Shown piece after piece: positions 1-8,209 of a DNA stretch of 64,000 bases (positions within the stretch are counted from its first letter, which is position 1; the number at the start of each line of letters is the position of its first letter). Source of the stretch: an uncultured Chloroflexia bacterium (lineage in GTDB: Bacteria > Chloroflexota > Limnocylindria > Limnocylindrales > CSP1-4). The notes below the pieces were generated by a model, which saw only the letters and a program-made list of their open reading frames with translations, made no database searches and was not told the DNA's origin. The DNA lies in assembly GCA_963748625.1 (NCBI GenBank), contig CAVVJT010000007.1:512001-576000 (forward strand), written 5' to 3'. The position numbers and the translations under genes were made by a program.

Positions 1-175
1 GACCGAGGACCTGGAGAAGCAGTTCATCAAGGAGGCCACGGCGGCCGGGTTCGACGGGCTCAAGGGCCACCGGGACGTCGGCGGCATGCGCGCATCCATC
101 TACAACGCGTTCCCCGAGCAGGGCATCGACAACCTCGTCGCCTTCATGCAGGAGTTCGAGCGCGTCAACGGCTGA
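1..175 (+). CDS. serC: Phosphoserine aminotransferase, C-terminal part (runs off left edge)
   Basis: Frame 2 reads ...[39 protein letters not shown], the conserved SerC C-terminal GHRxxGGxRASIYNA motif. Confidence 0.92.
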   Translation, partial: TEDLEKQFIKEATAAGFDGLKGHRDVGGMRASIYNAFPEQGIDNLVAFMQEFERVNG

Positions 176-246
176 GGCTCGCTCCTCCGCGCCCCAGCAC
201 AGGGAGCCCGGCCCCGCGGCCGGGTTTCCTGATTCCCGGCCGTCCC

Positions 247-311
247 GCCGGGTCCAGGCCTGCCGGGTCCAGGCCTGCCGGGTCCAGGGCGTGCCGGGTC
301 CCGGGCCTGCC
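247..311. repeat. 15-16 bp tandem repeat (GCCGGGTCCAGGCCT) x~4
   Basis: Units read directly at 247, 262 and 277, plus a degenerate fourth copy. Confidence 0.85.
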
Positions 312-316
312 GCCCA

Positions 317-446
317 GCGGGCGCTGTCTGCGGAATTCTGCGCACCTGTCCCGCGAGGCGGTTGACTGCGGCCGGATCGGGCACTCCAGGCCGTCGGCTG
401 CCCGCTGGGCGGGACGATCGTGCGGACTCCTGCACATAGGGCCCGC
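317..446. repeat. Long imperfect palindrome (REPIN/MITE-like hairpin)
   Basis: Left arm GCGGGCGCTGTCTGCGGAATTCTGCGCAC; reverse complement of right arm GCGGGCCCTATGTGCAGGAGTCCGCAC; inner GTCCCGC/GCGGGAC pair. Confidence 0.6.
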
Positions 447-455
447 CAGGCGGGA

Positions 456-535
456 GACGGGCCGGGTCATGACGGGGCGGGTCATGACGGGCCGGGTCAT
501 GACGAGGCGGGGTGAGGACGGCCGGGTGAGGACGG
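456..535. repeat. 15 bp tandem repeat (GACGGGCCGGGTCAT) x3 plus degenerate copies
   Basis: Units at 456, 471 and 486. Confidence 0.85.
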
Positions 536-609
536 ACGGCTCCGGGTCGGGCACCCCGGCACAGGGAGTCCGACCCCCGCGGCCTGCTCGAGCGTGGTTG
601 ACTGGGGCC

Positions 610-1110
610 ATGCAGCACATCGTCGTCCGCGAGATCGCCCCGTACGAGCACGATGCCGCTGGGCGCCTGGTGGTCGATGCCTACCGCACCCTGGGCGTGC
701 CGCAGAGCGGGGGCTACGAGGCGGAGATTGCCGACGTCGGCGCGCGCGTGGCGCAGTGCACGGTGCTCGTGGCGCTGCTCGACGGGCAGCTCGCGGGGTG
801 CGCGACCTTCGCCCTCGCGGGGAGCCCGCTCAATGAGGTCGAGGATCCGGAGGGCTCAGCCATCAGGATGCTGGGCGTCACGGCGGAGGCTCGCGGGCAG
901 GGTGTCGGGGAGGCGCTGGTCCGGGCATGCGCGGAGCGGGCGCGGGCGGCCGGTGCCAGGAGGATCTGGCTCCATACCGAGCCGTTCATGGAAGCGGCGC
1001 AACGGCTCTACCTGCGGCAGGGGTTCGTGCGCGCGCCCGAACGCGACTGGCGGTTCGAGGAGGAGGGAGAGGAGGACGTGATCCTGCTCGCCTACGTGCT
1101 CGAGGTCTGA
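610..1110 (+). CDS. GNAT family N-acetyltransferase
   Basis: Motif A LGVTAEARGQGVGEALV and AAQRLYLRQGF; start taken at MQHIVVRE. Confidence 0.9.
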   Translation: MQHIVVREIAPYEHDAAGRLVVDAYRTLGVPQSGGYEAEIADVGARVAQCTVLVALLDGQLAGCATFALAGSPLNEVEDPEGSAIRMLGVTAEARGQGVGEALVRACAERARAAGARRIWLHTEPFMEAAQRLYLRQGFVRAPERDWRFEEEGEEDVILLAYVLEV

Positions 1111-1164
1111 GCCGGGCGTCGCGGGCAGCGGGTCCCAGGTGGCAGGCCTGCCGCGAGCGCGGGC

Positions 1165-1836
1165 TCAGTCCCGGGCGGGCTCCCACGGGAAGGCCTCGGT
1201 CGCGTGCCACGGACCCAGGATGAACGGCTCGCCGTCCCAGTAGGCAGCGGCTCCGCGGACTTCCAGGGCAGCGGTGGCGTCCTCGAGATGGAGACGGACC
1301 GAGAACCTGCCGTTGCCATCATCGGGGAGGCGGAACCCGTCGGAGTCCAGGCAGACGGGGAGGGTCGAATGGCAACCACCGGCGATGGCGGTCTCGTCCC
1401 AGAAGCCGGAGAAGTCGAGCTCGTCGGTGACCCTGCCGTCCACGAGCTCTGTCGCGGTGATGAGCGGGCCGACGTCGCCCACCTCGACCGTGATCTTCCA
1501 GGCGTCCTGCGCGCGGTCGCCCGTCCCGCGGATCTCCAGCTGCCAGGCCTTCGCGACCGGGTCCTCGATGCCCGCCGTGATCGTGGTGGCATCCTCCGCG
1601 ACGACGGAGAGCTCCGGGCCGATGCCATCGCCGTCCACGCCGCCGATGACGGGCGTGGCGGTGGGCTCGGGGAGGAGCGTGGGTGTGGGGACAAGCGTCG
1701 GCTCAGGAGCGGCCGGGGAGGTCGGGCCCGAGGTGGGGGTCGAGATCGGAGCCGGTGCCTGCACGCTGCTGGAGCATGCCGCGAAGGCCGCGATGCTCAG
1801 CGTGGCTGCGAGGAGGGTGGGAAGACGCGGGGACAT
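1165..1836 (-). CDS. Hypothetical lipoprotein with Pro/Thr-rich linker
   Basis: Signal peptide with lipobox-like FAAC, PT-rich stalk, then a globular domain with a Cys pair. Confidence 0.7.
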   Translation of the reverse strand: MSPRLPTLLAATLSIAAFAACSSSVQAPAPISTPTSGPTSPAAPEPTLVPTPTLLPEPTATPVIGGVDGDGIGPELSVVAEDATTITAGIEDPVAKAWQLEIRGTGDRAQDAWKITVEVGDVGPLITATELVDGRVTDELDFSGFWDETAIAGGCHSTLPVCLDSDGFRLPDDGNGRFSVRLHLEDATAALEVRGAAAYWDGEPFILGPWHATEAFPWEPARD

Positions 1837-1885
1837 GGGACCTGCCGGGATCGGATGCGTGGCATGGACGGGTGGGCGCCCCTAT

Positions 1886-1912
1886 GACGCATGAGGCATG
1901 CGTTTTGGTTCC
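1886..1912 (-). promoter_or_regulatory. Candidate ECF-sigma promoter GGAACC-N17-CGTC
   Basis: Minus strand GGAACCaaaacgcatgcctcatgCGTC about 50 nt upstream of the lipoprotein start. Confidence 0.45.
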
Positions 1913-2012
1913 CTCCTGGACCTCGATTCTGCGGCGCGGGGCGCCCCGCGTGCAATGGCCCGGGCGAGGCCCCCGCTTTGGCCGGCCGGGGCAACCGCGG
2001 GTCCGGGCGTGG

Positions 2013-2819
2013 TCAGTCGAGGGCGGCGTGGAGCTCCGGCGCGTGGCGCTTGAGCCAGCGACGCGCGTCGCGGTGGCGGGGGGCCTGCTGGTCCATCAAG
2101 GCCCAGAACCGCTCGCCGTGGCCGAAGACGACCAGGTGGCAGACCTCGTGGGCGGCGACGGCGTCGAGCCCATCGGGTGGAGCGAGAACCAGGCGCCACG
2201 AGAACGACAGGCCGCCTGACCTGGAGCAGCTGCCCCAGCGGCTGGTCGTGTCGCGGATGGTGATGCGCGTGGGCGTCACACCGAGGCCGCGCGCATGCCC
2301 GGCGACCGCGGTCTCCAGCAGGGCGCGGGCGCGAGCGCGGAACCAGGCCTCCAGGATCTGCGCGGTGGGGCGCACGTCGCGGGCGGTCCGCTCCACCAGG
2401 AGCTCGTCCCCCTCGTCGCCGCCGATCCTGACGACACGACTGGCCCGGGTGCCGCTCGGTGCCGTGACCACGCGCACCCGGTGAGGCTCGCCGCGGAACA
2501 GGATCACGCGTCCGTCGTCGAGGGCCAGCCGCTCGTCCAGGCGGTCCCGGGCCGATGCATGGCGGCTGACGTGCCCCCGGATCCAGGCCTCCCGCTCCGC
2601 GAGGAACGAGGTCACCAGGCGCTCCGACGCGAGCCGCTCCCCGCGCGCGTCCACCGGGACGGTGACGATGACGCCGCGCTCCGGGTGCACGGTCACGCGC
2701 AGGCGGCGCGCACGGGACGAGCGCCGCAGCACGTAGCGGAGATCGCCGCCGGGAAGGCGGACGGTGGCGTCGGACTCGACCGCCGTGGGTCTGGGGCGCG
2801 TGCCCGGCAGGCGCACCAT
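2013..2819 (-). CDS. YgjP/SprT-like (DUF45) zinc metallopeptidase
   Basis: RWGSCS motif, LSFSWRLVLAP, HEVCH zincin motif, HGERFWAL. Confidence 0.88.
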   Translation of the reverse strand: MVRLPGTRPRPTAVESDATVRLPGGDLRYVLRRSSRARRLRVTVHPERGVIVTVPVDARGERLASERLVTSFLAEREAWIRGHVSRHASARDRLDERLALDDGRVILFRGEPHRVRVVTAPSGTRASRVVRIGGDEGDELLVERTARDVRPTAQILEAWFRARARALLETAVAGHARGLGVTPTRITIRDTTSRWGSCSRSGGLSFSWRLVLAPPDGLDAVAAHEVCHLVVFGHGERFWALMDQQAPRHRDARRWLKRHAPELHAALD

Positions 2820-2826
2820 CCGCGAC

Positions 2827-3387
2827 CTACTCGCCGCGCCGGAGGAGACGGCCGGCCCGCACCCCGGTCTCCTGGCCATCCCGAACGGCGAGCCGGCCGT
2901 TCACGATCACGTCGCGGATTCCGGCGGGGTACACGGCCGGCACCTCCCACGTGGGCAGGTGCGCGGAATTGATGCCCAGCGCCTGCTCCTCGACGGTGGC
3001 GAGGTAGCCCGCGAAGGTGGACCACCCGGGCTCGATCCCGTGCGCTTCAAGGTCGGCCTGAAGCTGCAGCCTCGACAGGTGCGTGAGCGGCGCGAACGTG
3101 TAGCCACAGTTGCCGTCGAGCTGGGTGGTATAGCCCTGGCGCAGGTGGCTCCACTGGGCCCCGTCCACCAGCACGGACAGGTCGGAATGGGCGTGCGGAT
3201 CCACGAAGCCGGGGGCGACGACCAGGCCGGTGGCATCACGCATCTCGCCGACCGAGGCCGGGTCCACGGCCGAGAGGTCGCCCACGGCGGTGATCCGGTC
3301 GCCCTCGATGCCGACGTCAGAGGGACGACCTGGAGCACCGCTGCCATCAACGAGGAGGCCGCCGCGGAGCACGAGATCGAAGGCCAT
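2827..3387 (-). pseudogene. N-acyl-D-amino-acid deacylase remnant with in-frame internal deletion
   Basis: N-terminal DGSG..DVGIEGDRI..PGFVDPHAHSD..GNCG joined directly to the family C-terminus GIRDVIVNGRLAVRDGQETGVRAGRLLR; only 186 aa. Confidence 0.75.
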
Positions 3388-3450
3388 GGGCGGGATCGTA
3401 CCGGCCGGGCGCCGAGGCGCGCGGGCGGACGGCCCGCACAGCGCGGTGGC

Positions 3451-5277
3451 TCAGGCCTCCGCGATCACCCCGAGCGAGAGGCGGAACCCGGCCCGCCGCT
3501 GGAGCGCGGGCAGGAACGTCCCCTGGCCCACGGGCATGTCGCCCGGGAACCACTTGACCCACTCCTCGTTGAAGGCGTCGAAGTCCCCCGGGTCGCGCAG
3601 CGCCCAGTTGACCCAGACCACCTTCTCCAGCGAGGAGCCCGCCTCCTCGAGGCGCAGCTTGAGGTTCTCGAGCGCCTTGCCTGCCTGCGACTTCATGCTC
3701 TCGCCGGCAAGCCTGCCGGTCTCGAGATCGATCGGGCCGACCGACGTCACGTAGACCATGCCGCCCGCAACGACCGTCCGACCGCGCCCCAGGCGGGTGG
3801 CGACCTCGTCGGGGCCCTCGGATGCAGCCAGGCCGCCCCAGCGGCTCTTGAGGCCGCGCACGCGTCGCTGCTTGGTGGGATCAGCGGGTGGGATGCCGAA
3901 CTCGCCCGGTGGCAGCTCCACGCCCGCGCGCTTGAACTGCTCCATGAACAGCGGGCGGACGCCGGTCGGGACCAGGTCGCCCTGGGTCACGCCGTCGACG
4001 ACGCCGGTCTGCTGGTAGGCGAAGATGTCCTGCATCAGGATCTCGTCGTCCTCGATCCCGTAGATCTCGGTGATGTTGGTCACCTTGCGCGTGCCGTCCT
4101 TGAGGCGCGCGGTGTGGACGACGAGGTCCACGGCGGAGGCGATCTGCTCCCGGATCGCCCGGAGCGGCAGCTCGTACCCGGTCATGAGGACCATGGTCTC
4201 GAGACGGCGGAGCATGTCAGCCGGGCTGTTCGCGTGACCGGTGGACAGCGAGCCGTCGTGGCCCGAGGTCATGGCCTGGAGCATGTCGAGCGCCTCGCCG
4301 CCACGGCACTCGCCCACGATGACGCGGTCCGGGCGCATGTGCATGGCGTTGCGCAGGAGGTGGCGGATCGTGATCTCGCCCAGGCCCTCGAGGTTGGCCG
4401 GCCGGCTTTCGAGCGTGATGACGTGCTCCTGGCGGAGCTGCAGCTCGGCGGCGTCCTCGATCGTGACGATCCGCTCCTCCTCGGGGATGAACGAGGAGAG
4501 CACGTTGAGGGTGGTCGTCTTGCCCGAGCCGGTGCCGCCGGAGACGAACAGGTTCAACCTGGCCTCCACGCAGGCCCGGAGGAAGGCGAACATCTCGGGG
4601 GAGGCCGTGCCGAACCGGACGAGGTCGTCCACGGTGAACGGGTTGGTCGCGAACTTGCGGATGGTGATGACCGGGCCGTTCAGCGACAGCGGCGGGATGA
4701 TCGCGTTGACGCGCGAGCCGTCCGGGAGGCGGGCGTCCACACGAGGGCTGGATTCGTCGATGCGCCGGCCGAGCGGGGTGATGATCCGGTCGATGATGCG
4801 CATGAGGTGCTCGTCGTCGAGGAAGTGGCTCTCGACCCGGATGATCTTGCCCTTGCGCTCGATGTAGAGGTGCTCAGGGCCGTTCGCCATCACCTCGGTG
4901 ACGGACTCGTCCTTGAGGTAGGGCTCGAGCGGGCCGAAGCCGACGACCTCGTCCACGAGCTCCTGCACCAGGCCGAGTCGCTCGTCGCGGGTGACAGCGA
5001 ACCCGTGTGCGGCCGTCATCCGGTCCGCGATCTCGGTCACCTTGGCCTGGATCTGGGCGGGCGGCACGTCGGCGAGCTCGCTGAAAGCGCGCACGACCTC
5101 GTCCTGGAGGAGGCGGCGCAGGCTGAGAAGCAGCTGGTGGCGCGCGGAGTTCCTGTCGATCGCGCTCGCGTCCCAGACGACCGGCAGCAGGGCCGCAGGG
5201 TCAGCGGTGGGCTTCGCGGGCTTGGCCGGCTGGCCGTCCCCGCCCTTCGAGCGCTCCACGCGCTCAAACAACGTCAT
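3451..5277 (-). CDS. CpaF/TadA-family secretion ATPase with C-terminal RidA/YjgF-fold domain
   Basis: SPRVDARLPDGSRVNA, Walker A GGTGSGKT, TIEDAAEL, VIVGECRG, His box GHDGSLSTGH; the last ~115 aa resemble RidA (VYVTS..QAGKALENLKLRLEEAGSSLEKVV..DFDAFNEEW). Confidence 0.88.
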   Translation of the reverse strand: MTLFERVERSKGGDGQPAKPAKPTADPAALLPVVWDASAIDRNSARHQLLLSLRRLLQDEVVRAFSELADVPPAQIQAKVTEIADRMTAAHGFAVTRDERLGLVQELVDEVVGFGPLEPYLKDESVTEVMANGPEHLYIERKGKIIRVESHFLDDEHLMRIIDRIITPLGRRIDESSPRVDARLPDGSRVNAIIPPLSLNGPVITIRKFATNPFTVDDLVRFGTASPEMFAFLRACVEARLNLFVSGGTGSGKTTTLNVLSSFIPEEERIVTIEDAAELQLRQEHVITLESRPANLEGLGEITIRHLLRNAMHMRPDRVIVGECRGGEALDMLQAMTSGHDGSLSTGHANSPADMLRRLETMVLMTGYELPLRAIREQIASAVDLVVHTARLKDGTRKVTNITEIYGIEDDEILMQDIFAYQQTGVVDGVTQGDLVPTGVRPLFMEQFKRAGVELPPGEFGIPPADPTKQRRVRGLKSRWGGLAASEGPDEVATRLGRGRTVVAGGMVYVTSVGPIDLETGRLAGESMKSQAGKALENLKLRLEEAGSSLEKVVWVNWALRDPGDFDAFNEEWVKWFPGDMPVGQGTFLPALQRRAGFRLSLGVIAEA

Positions 5278-5555
5278 GCGACTCTCCTGGTCGCCGCCCC
5301 CGGGAAGACGGCTCCGATCGAACTCCCGGCGCCCCGCGGCCGGGACCACCCGATCGGAAGTGGCAGCATAGTCCGATCGGGCCAGCGCTGGGTGCGCGGG
5401 CGCACCGCGATGTGTGGCGATGCGGGATCGCTGCTCCGCGCCGCGCTCCCTGCAACGAAGATGGCCAGGACCCGAGTCACCCGAATCAACCTGCCCGTGC
5501 ATCTACCCTTCGAGGCAGGCGCCCAACGCCGCCGACCTGAGGGGATACGAGCCCG

Positions 5556-6077
5556 ATGACGATCGAAGCCCTGCGTGGCCACCGGCCAGAGGTCCTCGCG
5601 GATCTGCTGGAGCGGTATGGCCGCGAGATCCAGGGTGTGGCGTACCTGGTTCTCCGGGACCGGGCTGCGGCGGAGGACGTGGTGGTGGACACCCTGCTGA
5701 CCGCGCTGGAGCGCGGCGACCAGCTCCGGGACCCGGACCGGCTGCGGCCCTGGCTGCTCAAGATCGCGACCAACAAGTCGCTCGGCGTCCGGCGCACGAG
5801 CGGGCGCGTCGTCCAGCTCCACGTCGTGCCCGACCGGGCGGCGCCCCGGCGCGACGAGGACGAGCGGCTTGCGCTGCTCGGCTGCGTGGACCGGCTGGCC
5901 CCACGCACCCGTGCTGCCGTGGTACTCCGCTACTACGCTGACATGTCAGTACGTGACGTCGCGGAGGCGCTCGGCACCAGCGAGAACACGGTGAAGACCC
6001 AGCTGCGTGAAGCGCTCGCGCAGATGCGCCAGAGCCTGGGCACGGACGGCGCGATGCGGGAGGCCTCCCATGGCTGA
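5556..6077 (+). CDS. ECF RNA polymerase sigma factor
   Basis: Region 2 AAAEDVV..LRPWLLKIATN; region 4 AVVLRYYADMSVRDVAEALGTSENTVKTQL. Confidence 0.9.
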   Translation: MTIEALRGHRPEVLADLLERYGREIQGVAYLVLRDRAAAEDVVVDTLLTALERGDQLRDPDRLRPWLLKIATNKSLGVRRTSGRVVQLHVVPDRAAPRRDEDERLALLGCVDRLAPRTRAAVVLRYYADMSVRDVAEALGTSENTVKTQLREALAQMRQSLGTDGAMREASHG

Positions 6078-7674
6078 CGAGCTGGATCCTCGGACGGAGG
6101 CCCGCCTGCGTGACACGCTCCGCCACGAGGCGGAGACGCTCCCCTTCACGCTCACGCTGGCCAATGTGGAGGCCGCCCGTCGCGCCCGGCGCTCACCGAT
6201 GGCCCGCCTTCGGGTGCCGGTCGCCTTGCTGGCGTCCGCCGCGGCCGTCGTCATCGTCGTCGGTGGTCTCGTCTCCTGGCGTGGCGCCGTCCTGCCGCCC
6301 GGCGGCACGGAGTCGGCCTCGCCGAACCCGCTGGCCTCCGAGCTCAAGTCGTACGAGGAGCTCGCGGCCGGGATCGGGATCATCAACGGGAAGGTCATCG
6401 GGCAGGGCGAAGAGCTGGAGGGTGCACCCGACGCCGGCGAGGTCGTCATCGGCACCATCGCGGCCAACAGCTACCTCGACTATGTCGTGGACTGCAGGGG
6501 TGGCCTGATCCAGGTCGGCGTGCGGCTTGGCGACACGCCTGGCGGCTCCGTGGGCACCCACTGCGATGACGCGGTGACGACGACATTCAACACCCCCGGG
6601 TTCGACGTGGACGGAGCCGTTGTCTGGGTGAAGGCCGACCCGGGCACCGTGTGGCGCATGGTCGTCGCCGGGCTGCCTGATGGCGAGCCCTCTGGACCGC
6701 CTGTCGAGCCGTCGTTCCCGGCCGGGCTGGCGCCCTACGAGGAGCTCGCCGCCGTCGCGCTGAGCACCCGGGAGGTTGCCCGCGCGGAAGGCAGCGCGGA
6801 GCCATCCGACGCCGTCGTCGAGATCGCACGCCTCGGCGACCTCTGGAACCTCGAGATCGCACTGGCATGCACGGGGCCGGGACCCATCGAGATCAGGGCG
6901 ACCGGGACCTCGGACGACGAGTCCGGCTCCACGTTCGGCTGCGGCAGCCGGGCTGGCTCGACGCTGGTGACCGCACTCGACACGGCTGCTGAACGCGCAC
7001 CGGATGCCGCGCTTGTCGCCAGGGTGCCGGCGGGGACGGCCTGGCGGACGATCGTCTTCGACCACTTGGCGGACGTGCGCCCGATCCCCAAGGCACCCGC
7101 GGAGGCCTTCCCGATGACCGATGTCGGGGCGTTCGGCGGTCTCGTGCTCCGAGACGACAACCCCACGTTGATGAGCACGACGCCCCTGATGCCCGACGGC
7201 GCCACGATCGAGGTGGCGATGGGCTGCAGCGGGGATCCGTCGAGCCTCGTGCACCTCGTGGTCGACGGGGTCGCAACGGACCTCGCGTGCCATGAGAGCA
7301 GCGTCTGGCACACGGTGCCCGACGGCGATGGCACGTCGGAGCTGCAGGTGTCGTCCGATGGCACCGTCTGGGTCGACATCGCCCTGCGCGCGTTCACCCA
7401 GGATCAGGCGGGGGCGAAGGTGGTCGTGCCGAGCGCCACGCTGGCATCCGCCGACGGGACATCGTCGGCGCCGGGGTTCACCACGTGCCTCAACTCGTTC
7501 GAGATCCCGGGGGGCGCATCGGCCGACGAGAGCTGTGTGCCGACGCCGTATGTCATCCCGGAGGAGCGCGCAGTCCGCGTGCGCGCCGGCGACTTCCTAG
7601 AGCTGCTGGGCGACAGCGACTGGGCGATCACCGATGCCACGCTCACCTACGTCTCCGTCGTCGGCGGCGGGTAA
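6070..7674 (+). CDS. Putative single-TM anti-sigma factor with repeated Cys-pair extracytoplasmic domains (probably frameshifted near its end)
   Basis: Overlaps the ECF stop; N-terminal LRDTLRHEAE helix, TM ALLASAAAVVIVVGGLVSW, repeated YEELAA units. Confidence 0.7.
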   Translation: MADELDPRTEARLRDTLRHEAETLPFTLTLANVEAARRARRSPMARLRVPVALLASAAAVVIVVGGLVSWRGAVLPPGGTESASPNPLASELKSYEELAAGIGIINGKVIGQGEELEGAPDAGEVVIGTIAANSYLDYVVDCRGGLIQVGVRLGDTPGGSVGTHCDDAVTTTFNTPGFDVDGAVVWVKADPGTVWRMVVAGLPDGEPSGPPVEPSFPAGLAPYEELAAVALSTREVARAEGSAEPSDAVVEIARLGDLWNLEIALACTGPGPIEIRATGTSDDESGSTFGCGSRAGSTLVTALDTAAERAPDAALVARVPAGTAWRTIVFDHLADVRPIPKAPAEAFPMTDVGAFGGLVLRDDNPTLMSTTPLMPDGATIEVAMGCSGDPSSLVHLVVDGVATDLACHESSVWHTVPDGDGTSELQVSSDGTVWVDIALRAFTQDQAGAKVVVPSATLASADGTSSAPGFTTCLNSFEIPGGASADESCVPTPYVIPEERAVRVRAGDFLELLGDSDWAITDATLTYVSVVGGG

Positions 7675-7855
7675 CGCGACACCCGGCGAACCCGCGGGCC
7701 ATCCCGATCCTGACGGGCCTGGCGTCGAAGGCGGGTTCTCGATTGCACCGCTGCCCGCAGGCGACTGGACGCTGCGAATCGAGATCTCCGGAAGGCTCGG
7801 GGACGGCACCACGTTCACCGCGCAGCAGCTCTTCCGGGTCATCGTGGAGCCCTGA
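7670..7855 (+). CDS. Probable C-terminal continuation of the anti-sigma gene in the +1 frame
   Basis: Protein-like GNATPGEP..FSIAPLPAGDWTLRIEISG..QQLFRVIVEP*; deleting one G from GGCGGCGGGTAAC fuses it to the upstream ORF. Confidence 0.55.
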   Translation, partial: GNATPGEPAGHPDPDGPGVEGGFSIAPLPAGDWTLRIEISGRLGDGTTFTAQQLFRVIVEP

Positions 7856-7873
7856 CCCGGCCCGGAGTCGCCA

Positions 7874-7931
7874 GCGGGGAGTCCGTACGAGCGCTGTACA
7901 CGGAACCCCGGGTTGCGTGCACGGTCCCCGC
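7874..7931. repeat. Imperfect hairpin downstream of the anti-sigma gene
   Basis: GCGGGGA/TCCCCGC outer pair and TGTACACG..AACC/GGTT..CGTGCACG inner pairs. Confidence 0.45.
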
Positions 7932-8033
7932 ACGACGACCGCCATCCTGACCCCGGGTGGAGTCGGAGGACTGGCATTGCCTCGTCGCCGGGCGCCCGCA
8001 AGCAATGGGGGTCGCGCACCGCAGATCCTGCGC

Positions 8034-8039
8034 TATACT
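8034..8039 (+). promoter_or_regulatory. -10 element (TATACT) for tRNA-Ala
   Basis: TATACT ends 13 nt upstream of the tRNA 5' end. Confidence 0.55.
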
Positions 8040-8052
8040 CGCGCTCCGGCGT

Positions 8053-8128
8053 GGGGCTATAGCTCAGCTGGGAGAGCGTCTGAATGGCATTCAGAAGGTC
8101 AAGGGTTCGAATCCCTTTAGCTCCACCA
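8053..8128 (+). tRNA. tRNA-Ala (GGC)
   Basis: GGGGCTA/TAGCTCC acceptor stem with G3:U70, D arm AGCTCAGCTGGGAGAGC, anticodon arm TCTGA-ATGGCAT-TCAGA, GGTTCGAATCC T arm, encoded CCA; 76 nt. Confidence 0.97.
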
Positions 8129-8154
8129 ACACCCCGCTAACGCCGACAACCTGA

Positions 8155-8185
8155 CCCCTCGCCGGGACCGGCGGGGGGTTTTGTT
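8155..8185 (+). terminator. Intrinsic terminator-like hairpin between tRNA-Ala and leuS
   Basis: CCCCTCGCCGG-GA-CCGGCGGGGGG followed by TTTTGTT. Confidence 0.7.
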
Positions 8186-8209
8186 ATCCACCCCAGGGGA
8201 CGTGCGACC

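Noticed and set aside
2764-5559. 931 aa plus-strand ORF, and similar long ORFs at 8396-10258, 22201-24078, 48798-51035 and the 5' part of 51671-54862
   Set aside because: Antisense shadows of real genes in high-GC DNA, with no recognisable motifs
5497-5559. 20-codon GTG ORF overlapping the ECF start (ATGA)
   Set aside because: No RBS or other supporting signal; cannot be distinguished from chance
8053-8128. tRNA-Ala as an island integration site
   Set aside because: No duplicated tRNA 3' end or integrase found in the window
8129-8209. T-box leader for leuS
   Set aside because: Too short, and no T-box antiterminator consensus
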